Origin: Squalus acanthias
Lineage: Eukaryota
Length of the DNA: 64,000 bases
Assembly: GCA_030390025.1 (NCBI GenBank)
Contig: CM059433.1
Location: 13,766,001-13,830,000 of the forward strand
Reading direction: 5' to 3'
The number at the start of each line of letters is the position of its first letter. The stretch's first letter is position 1. Below are positions 63,193-64,000 of the stretch, in pieces. A model generated the notes under the pieces. It was not told where the DNA came from. It did no database searches and saw nothing but the letters and a program-made list of their open reading frames with translations. A program made the translations under genes and the position numbers.

Positions 63193-63720
63193 CCCACCCC
63201 ACCCTACCCATCCCACCCTAGCCCCCCACCCCCAGCCACCCTACCCACCCCACCTTACCCCCCCACCCTACCCCCCACCCTATCCGCCCCACCCTACCCT
63301 ACCCGCCCCACCTTACCCCCCCACCCTACCCCCCACCCTACCCACACCCCCCAACCCTACCCCCCCACCCCCCACCACCCTACCCACCCACTGCCACCCT
63401 ACCCCCCACCCTACCCCCCACCCCCTGCCACCCTACCGCCCTACCCCCACCCTACACCCCCACCACCCTACCCACCCACCACCACACCACCCATCCCACC
63501 CTATCCCCCACCCCCTGCCACCCTACAGCTCTACCCCCGACCCTACCCCCCCATACCCCCCACCACCCTACCCACCCACCGCCACACTACCCATCCCACC
63601 CTACCCCCACCCCCTGCCACCCTACCCCCCTACCATACCCCCCCACTACCTACCCACCCACCGCCACACTACCCATCCCACCCTACCCCCACACCGCCAC
63701 CCTACCCACCCCCCACCCCA
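63193..63720. repeat. C-rich (CCCACCCTA-like) degenerate tandem repeat
   Basis: About 530 bp of ccca/cccta units with higher-order repeats; the G-rich strand is the SNTG2 sense strand. Confidence 0.9.
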
Positions 63721-64000
63721 TGCCCAAGGAGGCAGAAGGACTACAGCTTCTATTGTAGAAACTGCACCACCTTCACCTGAAATAAACCAATGAAGTTCTG
63801 TTTCATTGGGAACATGGCCTTTAAGATGGGCAGTCAATCTGTACCAGAATAAGCATGGATGAGCACATGAAACGGAACAGCTCATTTATTTTATGCCACA
63901 AGCAGATGTCAGAGATTCCATAACTAAGACAAGAGATTCGTTATTGTTCAGACCCACTAAGAAATCAGCATTTTTACTGCATTTGGGGCTTTTACAAAAG

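Overview
Vertebrate genomic DNA; the repeat content (HE1 V-SINE, HER1/CR1, L2, Deu-domain SINEs, Penelope) points to a cartilaginous fish (shark). The only host gene I recognise is gamma-2 syntrophin (SNTG2) on the minus strand. Its last three coding exons are at 24928-25020, 23736-23846 and 12096-12227, all too short for the ORF track. I found no further SNTG2 exon above 25020, so that region is probably one large intron. The rest is a dense, often nested, transposon landscape: a tRNA-headed CR1/Zenon-like LINE with a sibling SINE, four solo LTRs, a Gypsy 5' fragment, three decayed PIF/Harbinger elements (two with both genes), many Harbinger-, hAT- and pogo-type MITEs with readable TSDs, Penelope fragments with minimal hammerhead ribozymes, and a badly decayed HERO/NeSL-like retrotransposon. 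The most notable structures are an 82-bp-arm near-perfect fold-back, MITEs that keep convergent splice donors or sequence-variable central palindromes, and a four-deep insertion stack. Family names come from my recall of consensus motifs, not from database searches.
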